Assembly (NCBI GenBank): GCA_040954595.2
Contig: CM082592.2
Span: 2,917,462 to 2,981,461, forward strand
Origin: Balanoglossus misakiensis
Taxonomy: Eukaryota; Animalia; Hemichordata
Length of the DNA stretch: 64,000 nucleotides
Direction: 5' to 3'
Below, in pieces: positions 12,901 through 25,689 of this stretch. Below the pieces are notes generated by a model. It did not search any database and had not been told where the DNA came from. It saw nothing but the letters and a program-made list of their open reading frames with translations. The stretch's first letter is position 1. Each line of letters starts with the position of its first letter. The position numbers were made by a program, and so were the translations under genes.

Positions 12901-15900
12901 AACAGTAAACACTGTTACTACAGAAGTATGAGTATGACCAGACTTCAAATCACATTTAGTTACATCTCCTGGATATTTCATATTGATAAATATCCTTTCC
13001 AATAGACAGGACTTTTACATTCCACTCAAGATCATAGACCGTTTGTTTTTTCTCACATTTTTGGGTTGCTTTGGCACTGAGCCAAGTGTGATGTTTTTTT
13101 AAAGAATTAATTTGGATCAGTTCCTGGCACTGTTAGACTTATCCCCCCCCCTCCTCTCCCCCACCAGTTTTTGAACACACCCTGAAAACCAGTTGTTGGA
13201 AGTATCATATTAGACAGTGCATGTACTTACCATCTGGGCAAGGCTGACAAGAGTTGTGTTCATCTATATAGTGTCCATTTGGGCAAGGAATACAACTATG
13301 AAAAAAAAAAAAAGTTTGGCAAGAGATACATAAGAGAAGAATCTATACTGGTATACAAAGGGCAAATATAGGTGAACAAATAGCCTAAAAAGAAGAGTAG
13401 AAGTTACACAGCATCATTGACAGATTATATGTAAGTACAGGTATGGGTTCAGGAAGGAAACTTTTTATTTTCATTCTTACCCTTTCACATTGTTTCCTCT
13501 GGGACAGGCTTTACAATGAGATGCTCCGCCATCCACAGTATTGGTTATGTTAATCAGATAAATTTTCGCCCTGTATTAGTGTACACAGAGACAACATCAG
13601 TAAGTCAATAAAAATAAATATTCAGGCTTTTTGACAAACTGAGAAGGTATACACATTCATCTGTCCAAACTTGGATGTTTCAGACTGATAATAACTTAGG
13701 CGATGGTGGGCAGTTTGTATGAAGACTGTTCATGTGATACATATATACATGTAATGCCATGATATCTTTCTTTGTTTAACATCATTCTGCTTTTCGCGGA
13801 GACGCACAACTTCTACGTCTCGAAGTTGCATGGCTCCTAGAAATGCACTCGCAATATGTAATGACACAACTGATGCAGCAACAGTGTTATGCACATGTCT
13901 TTCAGCCATGAAGAGATGAGAGTATTGGACTTACATGTCAGTGGTTTTTTCAGATTCCCTCCGAGTGAAAGAGTCATCATCCACTTTCTGGAAAGCCCAA
14001 GTGAATGTTCTCGGTCCAGACTTGGTAACATCATAACTTTATTCAACATGCAAAAAAAAAACAACAACTGGGAATTAGTTTCAGTTTTTCTCAAAAAATT
14101 GTGGTTTTAGAGGTGATGTCATTCTTGGTGGCAAAGAAGGTACATGCATCAGATAATTTAGAAGAAAAAAACCTGGTGTCAGTTCGTGATAATTGATATT
14201 CTGAAAGCAGAAGTATTGATGAATGGGTAGAGAATTTAGGTTTGTTGGCCTCATGAACATGCGTCTAATAATTCAAAAAAGGTCATAGAATACAATTGTA
14301 CAATACATGTACAATTAATTTTTTTTCTCTAAGAAAAGACACGAAATTTTCATGACAGGAATTTTTTGCGATATCAACAGAGGCGACTATTCTGAAACGA
14401 TTAATTTACGCGTTCTCTTTATCTCCAAATAACATTCTATTGCACACAATGTTCTTTCGTGTTGACTATTTATTTTCACGTTTTTTGGCTCTCGCGCAGT
14501 TCGCGAAAATTTATCATTCGCAAAAATTTTCCGTTTTACAGTATCCCTGCGTTTTACCTGTATTGTTGCTTTTCTGTTGATCCTTCCCAACTTTCGATCA
14601 CATCGGACGAACGGCTATCCTCTTCCATGAAGTAAAAGCCACATTCACTACTACACTGCAACTCAAAGATGAAGGAGACCTGGCCCACTTCTCCCGGTTT
14701 GCCATTGAAGACTCCCGATGCACTACGGAATCCATCAGTATGTAGAGACAGAATAAGGTAGGCTTCATCTGAATGACCTTGACCTGAATGAATGTGATCG
14801 CTGCCCAGCTGCCATCCATCTTCGGATGCACATCCATAGTCTGGAACAAAACAAAACAACAAAATCGTCCAATATGATGTCATTCTAATTTTTTCCTCAA
14901 AAAACAAACAAATTCACCTTGCATGTTTTATAAGCCAATTAGATTACACAAAACAAGTGACAGTGGTAATGTTATCCCATCTTTTAATGAACTGATGACA
15001 CACCCCCACACCACACCACACTCCCCCCCCCCCCACACACACACTGTATTAACCTATTATCTTATATAAATTCCATATCAGCTCTGTAAGTTAACCCTCC
15101 TATTTTCCTTTTTATGTCTAAATTCTGATTTATACATCATGTAATTTGCAAAGTTTTTGGCAAGGAAATGCATGACCATCACATCATTACCACTGTCTAC
15201 ACTTGTCTCCTTTTAAAATTCGTGCACACTTACCTGCATTACAGTAACAGCATTTATCAAAATGGAGGATAAACACGGACATTGAAACAAAACATTGACA
15301 AAACCTCTCACAAAACGTTACTAGATACATGTACACATAAGACATACATGTAATTCACACAATAGAAGAGGACTAGAAAGTATAGAATGATTTACCTGAC
15401 ATACTGAGGCAGGAAGTTTCCATATTAGAAGGCATTGAATGCCACCATGTAAATTCCATACCGTACACAGGAGCAGTAGATCCTGGACATGGCTGGCATT
15501 CTGAAATGGCAAAAACAATTCATGCTATTCACAATCTTTCTCTAATGTTGATTAAGTGTTGCTTTCAATTCAACAAATTTGTCGACAGTTGTACAACAAA
15601 TGCATGATGCAGTATGTTTGCCGTCAAATTTAAAATTAAAAAAAAAATATATTGACAAAACAAAATAAATCACTGACCTTGAGTGCCATCCGAATAATGA
15701 TTCTCGGGACAGAACGTGCATTGTGAATTGTTGTAGAAACTCATTCCTGGGTTACATGGTGGACAATCTTGACTTTCACTTTGTTCCCGCAATTGAGCTG
15801 CTCCTTGTACATCACTACGACATATTTTGGGTTCTATCCATTTGTACATCAAATATGTCTGTAAGGTATTAAAAATAAAATATTTAAGATTGTTAGATTT

Positions 15901-18900
15901 TTCTTCGCATTGAAGTATTAATCCCTTTGACTACCTTGAGTACCCCCAAAAAACCCTGACTTTACAACAAGAAGTTATATACATGTACCTTGAATGCTGT
16001 AAATAAATGTCATAAACTAAACTGGAATCTATGGTTTCTCTGGTATAAATGACTAAATAGTTATGGCAGTCAAGGGGTTGAAGTTGGTCAGTGAAATTTA
16101 AACAGCATAATGACGTTTCTAAAAATGAACAGAGAAATTGCATCCCGTGGACCACTTCGCGGATAGGGTATCCGCAATGCATGATGGTATTATTAGCGTT
16201 CAACATGGCGGCTAGTACATGGCTAACGGACACAATCAGAACGCAAACTGCCCCACAACCCCCTGCGTTATTCTATCCACGAAGTGGTCTATTCTGAGCT
16301 CTGTATATTGTAATAACAAAGAGCAAATCCTAACTTACAGATAATGCAATCTCTCCTTTGTTGATTGCACACATTAAATGTCAAGTATTTATAGCAGTAC
16401 ATGTACATTGAATGCACTCTATATGTACAGAGTGTGGGTAGATATATGCTCAGTGTAGGTATATATAGTAAAACAATGCAAAATGCTGGCAGTCTTCACA
16501 TATTCTCAGCAGATTCTCGCATCTCTTTCACATACATTGTACTTGTAGTTAAAGTATCATGGACGCGAGGGCACAGAATTGAGCCAATGTTTGACAATAG
16601 GACTTGTGAAGTGCTAGCATTTAACTGCTTGCACTCATGCTGAAGATGTCAGCAGAGTGGGACAAAGTGTTGAGGAATATCTTGCAACAACGGTATGAAA
16701 AGACAACTAGCAAAGTTGTACAAAAAGTTTTGGTGTATTCATACAGTAGTTCTGATAAATGGGAAACACAACATGTTTTGATGAACCAGACAGAAATAAC
16801 TTTAGAGGGAACAAAATAAATAATAAATAGTTATAGTCTCTATTTAATTTGCCACCTGTATTATTAGTGCAAACATTCAATCAACATGGCTGAAACAAAT
16901 GTTGGTTTTGATAAAAAATATTTATCGAATGTAATCTGCTGACCTTCTTGTTCTCATCACATGGAGCATGTGTTTCAAAATAATCGCTGGCTGTACATGG
17001 TTTTCTATCGGTGCAAGTACCAGATCCTGGCACTGTGAAAGAGAATTCAAAGAAACATTTGATCAAAAACAGAACTAGCAAAAATTTGCTTCCACTTTGA
17101 ATTACCTCCATGCATGCAATAATACATCAAAATTAAAGCTCCATTAGCTGTAACTTTTTGTTATGTTTTCAGTGCTTTTGTTTTGTGTATCTACTGGATT
17201 TTCTTGTTTAGATTCTTGCATGATGAAATGCCCAGTATCAAGCTTAATTAAACACAAACCCATAAGTATACATTTGTACATGTATAGTCAGCATTGTAAT
17301 TGTGCAAAATTTGTATTCTTGTCCAGACTGGAATTCAACAATAAAAATGGCAATTACATATACAGTATATGTTGACAAACAGAGTACTGGTTATAAGCAT
17401 GCTGTTTTGTATTAGAACAAGAAATTGTATTTGATACACAGTGCAAAAATACTGAAAAATAAAGCCAAAAGTTTCAGCTAATGTCCCTTTAATCTTAATT
17501 CTTTCCCAGGATATGAAATGGTTCACCCCTTATAATGGACTGGAAATAGCCTTTGTCCATGGTTGGGAAAGATCATCTTGATTTAGGTTGCCAGCTAAAT
17601 ATACTGGTACATGTAAATATGACATCAAACCAGGCCCTATTATTATTTAGCAAAAGGGAAATGACATCAAAACTCAAGTACATGTAGTTACGGATGTTGT
17701 TCACTTACTTGAGTATTGAGTATCAAGACATTTGGTACACTCGCTTGCACCTGCTTCAGAAAATGTGTCAGCATCACAATCCTCGCAGCTAAAATGACAA
17801 ACAAATTGACAATGATGTAACGATGTACGGTATTCAAGTTGATTATCCTTAATGACTTTTAAAAAAGTTCAGGATTGTCTGAGCAAGGGATTTGGGATGT
17901 GAAAAAAATGACCACTAGGTGATCTACATTTGATTGCATCAGGACATGAATGATATACATTAGTACATAATCATTCTCTCTTTACTTGAAGTGGGTTTGA
18001 ATGAAATAAGTGAAGGTACATGTGTAGGATGGAGACTGGGGAAGGCGGTCATGGGATAGATGGATGGATGAATAGGACTTTGTCAACAGAGATTAGTCTA
18101 TAAATTGTATTGAGACTGTCTTTGCAACTGGCCAAGTAAATACTGCATATTTGACCTATGAACTTTAGAATATAGATGGGTATGATTACAAATAAATGTA
18201 TATCCAAACAATGTATTTGATGGATGCAAATTCAAAACATTTAACTTTAATCACTTACAATCTAGATCCTTCGTCTCTGGCAAATGTTCCAGGTGGACAT
18301 TTTGTACATTCTGACGTATACGCCAAACCCATGACTTCAATTTCTTTTATCAAGACAGGCTTTGTCTTCTTCTTCTTAGATCCATAATCATCAATGTTCA
18401 GACCCATAGTCTTCCAGTAGATCACATTTAAACCTGATTTCAAGTTCATCTTTTGAAATATAAATGAATTTTATTAAAATAGGTGAATAATATAAATCAG
18501 GACATACAAAAAGCATGTACGATGAAATGGAACACTTGTATACATGTAGGTGCCTGAGTCACATTTTTTGTCCGCTTGGACATACCGACACACCAGCAAC
18601 ATATAATAAGGTTTAATGACCAAGGGAAATTGCTTATTTAGCATATACAATATAATTATAAAGGACAACATCAATATTAGAAATTTCAAACATGCGAAAC
18701 AATCTGATAAACATTTACAGAAAAGTTAATCACCTCATTTGAGTGGTGAAAGAACACATGGTGGTGAAAAACTGTTGAAAACTCTGGGACCAACATAGTA
18801 AACATGTAAATGTATGGTGAACATATGTAGATACATTTGTACCATGTACATGTACATCATGTCACTGTGATACAAGAATTATATACACAACTGAAATGTC

Positions 18901-21900
18901 CATGGACCAAATGTAATCAGAAGATTTTTTTTCAACACTTACATTTATAGTTTTCCATTCTCCTTCCCCAGTGGTTGCAGGCCATCTGTTGACGTTGCTA
19001 TCTCTCAATGTCTGGCATTGATCATTTTGGGCCTGTAATTAATAAAAGAAATAGTTCCATTAATTTGTCTAATTGTTGGCTGTCCGCATTTAAAGTTTTT
19101 TTGCATGGACCATATGTTTGCTTGTCTCTTGACTATGATTGATGTGTAGTTTGTGTCAATGTAAAAAGCTGGAAATCCATGCTACTACTGTAAAACAGGT
19201 TATTTTCGCGACAGGACATTTCCACGATATCAAAAGAGGCAACTGTCATGTGAGGATTAATTTTTCGCGTTCTCTTATTTCATTTACTGCACTGTTATCT
19301 CCGAAAAACATTTAAGGCGACTTTATATTTTCATGTTTTTTTTGGCTCTTGCGTATTTCGTGAAAATTTATGGCTCGCGAAAAAAACATGTTATACAGTA
19401 TCTTGCTTTGTTATGAATGCTGTTCTGTTTACATTGATTTATTTAGCTTTGGTGACAATGGTCAATGTCTTGGCTAGTCCATCAAGCTCCATAATGAGGA
19501 TTTGGCTCATCCAACAAATTTCAAAATAAATGCTAGCAATAAAACAGACTGAAATTCCATAGGGGATCATCATGGTGGCATGGCAAATAAAGTAACAGTG
19601 TCTATAATATTTTTCAGCAAGATATGTAAAATTAAGAAAGTGATTAATGTGCGGGTTGCGGGTTGCGGGCTGCGGGTTGACAATGAATAAAAATAAAATC
19701 AGAATAAAAATCGCAGCGATGATCGAATGCATCTCTGTGTCACGTTTTGGTTGTGAAATGATCTGATATAATGCTGATATGTTCGGATCGACATGGTTTC
19801 CATGCAGGGGCTGATAACTCCCACAGACAGCTAGCTGCGGGCAAACCCCATTCTATATCGTGTAGTTGCAACGACCCGACTTGTGTAGGAACATTTGAAC
19901 GGCAACAGAAAGCAAAGTGAGCGTAATTCAATAAAACGACCTATACAAGCCTGAACTCTGATTATTTCTGGTCCCAAAACTCCTTTCGTGAAAAACTCAC
20001 TGGACTCAGTGTTTACGTATTTCAGCGAGTACTACCGCTGGAAGTGACTGGGATTATGGCCGATTAATTTATGCTAATGAGGCCGCGCACACAGTAGTGA
20101 GTGTGAGGGTCAAAGTCCGCTGCCGGAGTTGTGGCGCAAATCGCGTAAATTGAACTTCTGGGAGGCAATCATTTGATCGTTTCTGTTGACATATAATATT
20201 ATTACTCTTTCATTATCAAAACACAACCATATTTTACGACCCGCAATCGGCGGCCCAGCAACCCGCAACCCGCAACCCGCAGCCCGCAACCCGCAATTTA
20301 ACGCTTCCCTAAAATTAAGTGTCATTATAGATAAACATATTTGTCTAAAATGAAATTTGGCAGAAATCTTCACAGAATTTACAAACGTCCCTTAATGTTA
20401 TAACACTTTGTTTTTAAACTATTTCTTTTCAAATATACACTTAGCAGAGAAGGATCTAGCCAGCATACAAGTACAGTACATCATGTACTTACATATACAT
20501 GAAATATTGTATTATCATCTGAATATTGGTATGTGAATGTGACAGCTCCAGCTTTCTTTAAGTTTGCTGTGTAGACTAGAGTTGTGGCACAGTCATCACC
20601 GGCTGAAGCTATAAATCTCCCCATTGGATGCCAACTTGATCTGTTGAATAAACAGAAGGTAAATCATTCAATACCAACAAGTTGCCAGTACTCCCATCAA
20701 CCTGGACAAAACCCTGAGTGTTTCTCACATTTCTCATTATTTCTGGGAATAATGGTACATGATGTAGTTTTTAGTGACTTGTGTACATCATGAACGTTCC
20801 TATGTTATCACCAAATGTTAACTCATGTTAACCTTTTGCGGCGTACATTGTGATTGACAGCTATGAATGCTGGTATGGCTGTTCACTATTTGAATGCGTC
20901 GAATGCAAAATTTGCTGAACATTTGGCTTGGACGTAATGTTTTTACACACGTAATTATGCACATGCACATCAGATGATTATCAGGCTTTAATTGACCAGT
21001 TTTCGGGATGAATAAAGATTATTGAATTGAATTGAGACTGGATGTCCAGCACTGATGGTAGAGTTTGATGAAACTCAAGTGTTGTTCGTGGAAGTTATGT
21101 TAAAATTCTCAAATTGTCCTCCCAATACTATAAAATACAATGTACATGTACATGTAGTATTATCCTACTTACATGTACATGTACAGTCAATAAACTTACT
21201 TGAACAAATTTAATCTCAGCATCTGAGAGAATTATTTGGCTGAATAGAGAATAATGGTACAATACGTGATGTAGTTTCATAACAAAACTTACTCATTGCA
21301 GTTACTAGAACTCTTTCTCCATGAATCCTCTATTGTTTCTGAGAGTAGTGAAAACCCAGCTGGCAGTTCAGTCCAATCCTCATAACGCACACCTCCTCCC
21401 ATAGAATAGGTTCCAGTCGGACATTTGTGGCACTGCAGGTCTTTAACCCCGTCTTCATCCATATACAAAAACTCACCAGCACCACATGAAAATCCTACAT
21501 TTAATAAGGACCATGAATAGTAGAGACATTTTCACTTTGGGATAGTTTCAAGGGTGTCAAATGACATCCTGTTTTATTTGAAGGGGATAGTACAGTCAAA
21601 CCTGTGTTAGTGACCACCTCTATATACCGGTACATGTAATGACCACCTGTGTATAGTGGCCACCATATAACAGTCCCTGTGCAACTTACATACATGTACA
21701 TGTGCATTAATTGACCTGTCTGTAAAGACCACCTGTCTATAAAGGCCAGTTTAGGAAAGTCCCTTGACTGGCCACTATAGACAGGTTTGACTGTATCAGA
21801 AAAAGGGGCAAAAGACCAGTTTAATAGTCCAGGTGAAATATCTTTACTATATTTACTAATTTAAACATGTACGTGTGTAATTGTCTGTCACAAAAATGAG

Positions 21901-24900
21901 GTTTTAGAAAAAAATGTGAAAACATAATGAAATTGGGCATGTAGTTTAGATACTGCCAATAAATGTGCACACACTGAATCATCTGACAGTGCTGGGTGAC
22001 AGTGTGCCCTCTAAGTCCATATGAAGCGCCACTGACTCAACAAACTCACTGGTGACTCAAAAAAAATATCCACAATACATTTACATGTACGTCATGTAAA
22101 GGTATAGGGTCTCCTCAGAGAAAATTGTAGAAATCCTCATATGACTCAAAGTCAAAGCTTTTAAGGTGGCATTGCATGAAAACTTGTGATTTTTGCCAAA
22201 TTTTACTTTTTTACATAAATCGGTAGGCCTAATACTGACCCACATCCTGACTAATACGCCTTGGCGGAAATGGTGCATAATCACCCAAAAATAGCACTTT
22301 TCTGAATGAGTTCACAGCTTAACAAATAGGTGTCAACAATGCAAATGGCCGTTTTTCTCAGTTTGCATTTTTGCTGCTCTTGACAACTTCAGACGAAAAT
22401 AGCTTCGCTCTGCGTTGGCCGAATTTGCTCAAATTTTAACTGGGGATTGTGTATGACCCATCCAACAAAACGGTATTTTGTTAGTCGATAAAGTGTCCCT
22501 GGCGGGAATAAACTCTGATTCAATACAACTCACCGTGAATTTGATCAAATTTTACTAAAAATCTAACTTTCAAACGCTGTTACTCCTCAATGGAAGCAGA
22601 TAACGCAAAACAAAATTACCGTTTTTTTACACGTGTACTCTAGTTTCGAATGACATATTAAGATGCATGATGCATGGTCAACTTTTTTACCTATTTTAAA
22701 TTTAATGACATAATATCAAAAAATGGGTTTTTCACCCAAAATCGCCACCATTTCCGGGGATCAATAATATTTGCAACTCAAACAAAAGTTCAAAAACTCA
22801 GCTTCCAGAATATATATGGTTTATGGGGGTTTTAACGTTGTCTTTGAAGAGAAATAGGCCTCTGAAAAAGTCTTGACGGTTTCATGCAATGCCACCTTAA
22901 ACATTTTGTTTGTTAGAGGGCACACTGGCTGGAGATATCATACATGTATTGTTAAGTACTTCCCTTGTTTTTTGAGTGATGCAATCAGTATTGGACTGAT
23001 GTGATTGCTTCACTAGACTCGAGTTTGATCAGCATGAGTCAGTTCATTTATTGTAAGCAAATACATATAAGCAAACCAAGGTCAAACAGTGATAACTTGT
23101 ACAATGTACACTACATGTACATGTACATTTACATTGCAATCCACCTTGATATGTAGTAAAAACATGTCTAAACATAAAACTGAACCCTGTCTACATGTAC
23201 AGTAATCTGGAAACCTGTCTATACAATGTACTGAACACCTTCTCCAGTCACTTCGACATACATGTAGAAGCATAGTAAAATAACCTCTATAAACCAGGCA
23301 CCTCTGCAACCCGAACAGTTTCTTCAGTCCCTTTGATGTTCAGTTTAGACATGTTTTACTGTATAAATATTCAAGAATTGAACTTACCACAGTCTGGTGC
23401 TCTTTTCGGAGGAGGTGGTGCTCCACCAGTACAGCTTTCAGGTTCTGGAACTGATACACGCCACCTTACACCTGAACTATCGCATTCTGTCAGGGTATAG
23501 TGGAAGTCATCCTAAAAAGTAAAAAAAAAATATTCTTCATCAGATTTTGTCTGTACATGTAATCACTGACTGTTTACTAATTTTTTTTAGCTCCGATACA
23601 TGTACATATCTTAGCACCACCAAGGTGGTACCATAAAGACTTTTTATCCTATGAGAAAATATTATTTTAAATCATACATGTAATCTAGCATAAAGTCAAA
23701 CCAGTGTTAGTGGCCACCTCTACATGTATACAGTCACTTTGTTACAGTCCCTGTGTAATAATATGTACATTAATTGACCTGTCTATAAAGGCCACCTGTC
23801 TATAAAGGCCAGTTTAAGAAAGTCTTTTGACTGGCCACTCTAGACAGGTTTGACTGTAGTTCAACACTTTTGTTTACTGTCATTTGGTTTGTTATTAATC
23901 AGAGAAGGTACAATGCAGGAGCTGCATCCCCTCAGAAATTGATATCCATAATCATGTGTTATTTGAACCTGTACATGTACACAAGCCCTAATTTGATTTA
24001 ACATATTCAGAATGTAATTTCAAGCGATTCTGGGCATCCTAAATACTTTTATTTCACCATTCATGCACTAAATAATGATCATCACTTTTCCTTAAAGCCA
24101 CAGTCACTCTAACTTTTAGCTATTTTTCTGATCATTCAACTCTGGTTTGTTAATTGTTCTATGTTCAGTCCTCAGCTTCTCCACAAATGATGATTTAGGA
24201 CTGTGATGAAAATCCAAACACCGGACAATTCTTTAGGTTTTACACAGCAGGACAAGAAACCATGGTTGATGCCCAAAACAAAAATACTAGAAAATGACAC
24301 AAAATTGGCGTTACTGGGGCAAAGAGTAAATTTCGTTTTTTTTTTTTAATTTCTATCATGAATATTCAAATATGAGTACAAAGGTCAGACACCTTTATGG
24401 TGTACATGTACTTGTAAAGTTGTATTCAAATGTAAAACACGAAATGGAATATTTTGTTCTGAACATATGTTCACAAACTTTAACAGAAGATACATGTAAT
24501 TTTCCCCAAAAAATTGGCAATTTTTTCCCAGAAAAAAACATGATGCTAAACTTAGATTGAGCAGACATTTTCTAGCAGATCAACATGAGTCATCATCAGA
24601 CAATGCATTTAAAGGTTGAGACCTGCTACTACAAATGTACACAACAACCATTGCTGTAGCTGAACAATATGATTGATGGAGAATGCATCTTTTGGTTAAA
24701 AGGAGCCATTTTATACATGTATGTGGGTGGGAATGATGTGTACGTACATGTATTACAATATACTTATATGTGTAAGCTAAAGTGAAGTTATAGTTGAACA
24801 TCATCCATGTAGTCTACGTTCTGCGTATAAGAGTAACACATCTCCCTGCATGCACTGTACAACATGTGTACACGTACATATGTATCGAAGCAGCTGTTGA

Positions 24901-25128
24901 GGTTTTTTCGAACATAGGAGATGGCGACAAATTATAATATTACACAGGAGTGACTTACAGTTGGTACTGATGCTGAAAAAAATATTAAAGATAAAAAATG
25001 CTACTTACAGGTTGGCAAGTGGGTAATGTTGGTGGCGTTCCCTTTGTGATAATTACATTGATGATGAGCACAGCCATAACCACCGGCAGGACTGCTGCGG
25101 TCAAACGACGACTCAAAGGCACAGTCAT
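6860..25128 (-). CDS. ELAPOR: ELAPOR1/2 (KIAA1324/UPF0577) family type I membrane protein, 22 coding exons, ~1004-1008 aa
   Basis: Phase-consistent GT-AG exons (minus): 25128-25009, 23511-23388, 21494-21293, 20640-20493, 19032-18943, 18449-18259, 17788-17709, 17032-16944, 15858-15678, 15500-15396, 14840-14558, 14036-13935, 13570-13481, 13295-13231, 11665-11512, 11394-11259, 10718-10630, 9750-9628, 9105-8857, 8541-8392, 7823-7661, then 7207-7127 or 6952-6860. Hydrophobic N-terminus ([25 protein letters not shown]), Cys-rich repeats, family motifs [67 protein letters not shown] segment then [14 protein letters not shown] and [12 protein letters not shown]. Confidence 0.95.
7127..7207 (-). CDS. 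ELAPOR: ELAPOR candidate terminal exon A ([26 protein letters not shown])
   Basis: Acceptor tattgcag, phase 0 matching the donor at 7661, open to TGA at 7129-7127. Confidence 0.65.
   Translation of the reverse strand, partial: DKSDFAGFEKKTLKELEEDDPLAAFN
8634..8825. mobile_element. ~190-bp TA-flanked MITE family A, copy 1
   Basis: TACTGTAAAACGGG...CCCGTTTTACAGTA-type termini and a shared TTTTCGCGA-rich interior. Confidence 0.85.
9131..9474. mobile_element. TTAA-flanked element; partial copy at ~20880-20990
   Basis: ttaaagggtgatgatcgtc ... gatgatcgtcgacctttaa; shared aatgcaaaatttgc..aac.tttgg.ttggacgtaatgttt. Confidence 0.7.
9836..10008. mobile_element. MITE family A copy
   Basis: tactgtaaaacgggttattttcgcg ... 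aaataacccgttttatggta. Confidence 0.85.
10265..10458. mobile_element. MITE family A copy
   Basis: tactgtaaaacgggaaattttcgcg ... aattcccgctttacagta. Confidence 0.85.
10886..11232. mobile_element. Element with AGGGACAAAGTC TIRs and a long internal palindrome (10948-11180)
   Basis: aaagggacaaagtc ... gactttgtccctttaa; second copy at 57017-57352. Confidence 0.8.
11705..12803. mobile_element. Non-autonomous element: inverted-repeat-bounded body plus terminal ~190-nt hairpin
   Basis: ttattgcatatgt (11705) / acatatgcaataa (12599), followed by a near-perfect palindrome at 12614-12800 centred on actcgctatcgctcgt; internal ~200-bp duplication at 12055-12430. Confidence 0.7.
14343..14543. mobile_element. 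MITE family A copy, left end degenerate
   Basis: Same interior; ends ttttccgttttacagta, 14 nt from an ELAPOR donor site. Confidence 0.8.
17137..17488. mobile_element. TTAA-flanked element; related copy at ~39370-39700
   Basis: ttaaagctccattagctgtaact ... cagctaatgtccctttaa; the same start and interior recur at 39369. Confidence 0.75.
19186..19400. mobile_element. MITE family A copy
   Basis: tactgtaaaacaggttattttcgcg ... ttatacagta. Confidence 0.85.
19640..20311. mobile_element. MITE with inverted subterminal (GCGGGTT)n arrays
   Basis: tgcgggttgcgggttgcgggctgcgggttg near 19650 is mirrored by caacccgcaacccgcaacccgcagcccgcaacccgc near 20260-20295. Confidence 0.75.
21591..21795. mobile_element. 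Tc1/mariner-type MITE family B
   Basis: TA|CAGTCAAACCTGT ... ACAGGTTTGACTG|TA; second copy at 23691-23858. Confidence 0.85.
22165..22896. mobile_element. TTAA-flanked non-autonomous DNA transposon (Kolobok-like termini)
   Basis: TTAA|GGTGGCATTGCATGAAA ... TTTCATGCAATGCCACC|TTAA, perfect 17-bp TIR. Confidence 0.85.
23691..23858. mobile_element. MITE family B copy
   Basis: Near-identical right half to 21591-21795, ending gacaggtttgactgta. Confidence 0.8.
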
Positions 25129-25689
25129 CACGCCAGAAGCCGCGAAAGCAAACTGTAGTCTTAATAGTCTCTGTGGACGATCGTTATGGTTGTGTCCTGG
25201 CGTGGAAAACTGCGGAAATTCTCGAATGCCAGTAAAAGACACAAACACAACCAGTGAATGAAACAAACAAGTGGTTCAGCGATATCGAAAAGTGTTGCGC
25301 TTGACTGAACAAAGAAGAGGGCGCTGTATACTGACCTCTGACCTAGAACGCCCTCTGTCGTCCTTTACGTGTAAGGCAGCCCGGTGTCGTCATGGTAACA
25401 ATCTGTTGCAGGAAGTAGTCAAACCTGGCCTCGATTTTCAGCTTTATTCAAACTTTCATGTGCCATAATGTACTCTCATTGAGAAATGCATCGCGCACCC
25501 AAGACAAGGAAGGCTATTTACACGACAAATGAGATGGAGATGGGATGTGTGTTCTATTACCCATGATCCCCTGTACGTCGGTATCCACAACAAACTTTAG
25601 TTCTAAACAACCAGCAACTTCGGACGACACAGAGCTACTGACCTGTACCTTTTGAAACAACCTGTGTGAGAGAGACCACCGATTGCAAA
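25129..25689. promoter_or_regulatory. Bidirectional promoter/5'UTR region between ELAPOR and CFAP276
   Basis: 561 bp between divergent ATGs, CpG-richer than the flanks. Contains TGACCTCTGACCT (25332-25344, perfect DR1), GTCGTCATGGTAAC (25386-25399, X-box-like), CAGGAAGT (~25409, ETS) and AAACAAACA (25261, forkhead-like). Confidence 0.8.

Noticed and set aside
25529-25600. uORF upstream of CFAP276
   Set aside because: The transcription start is unknown, so it may not be in the mRNA.
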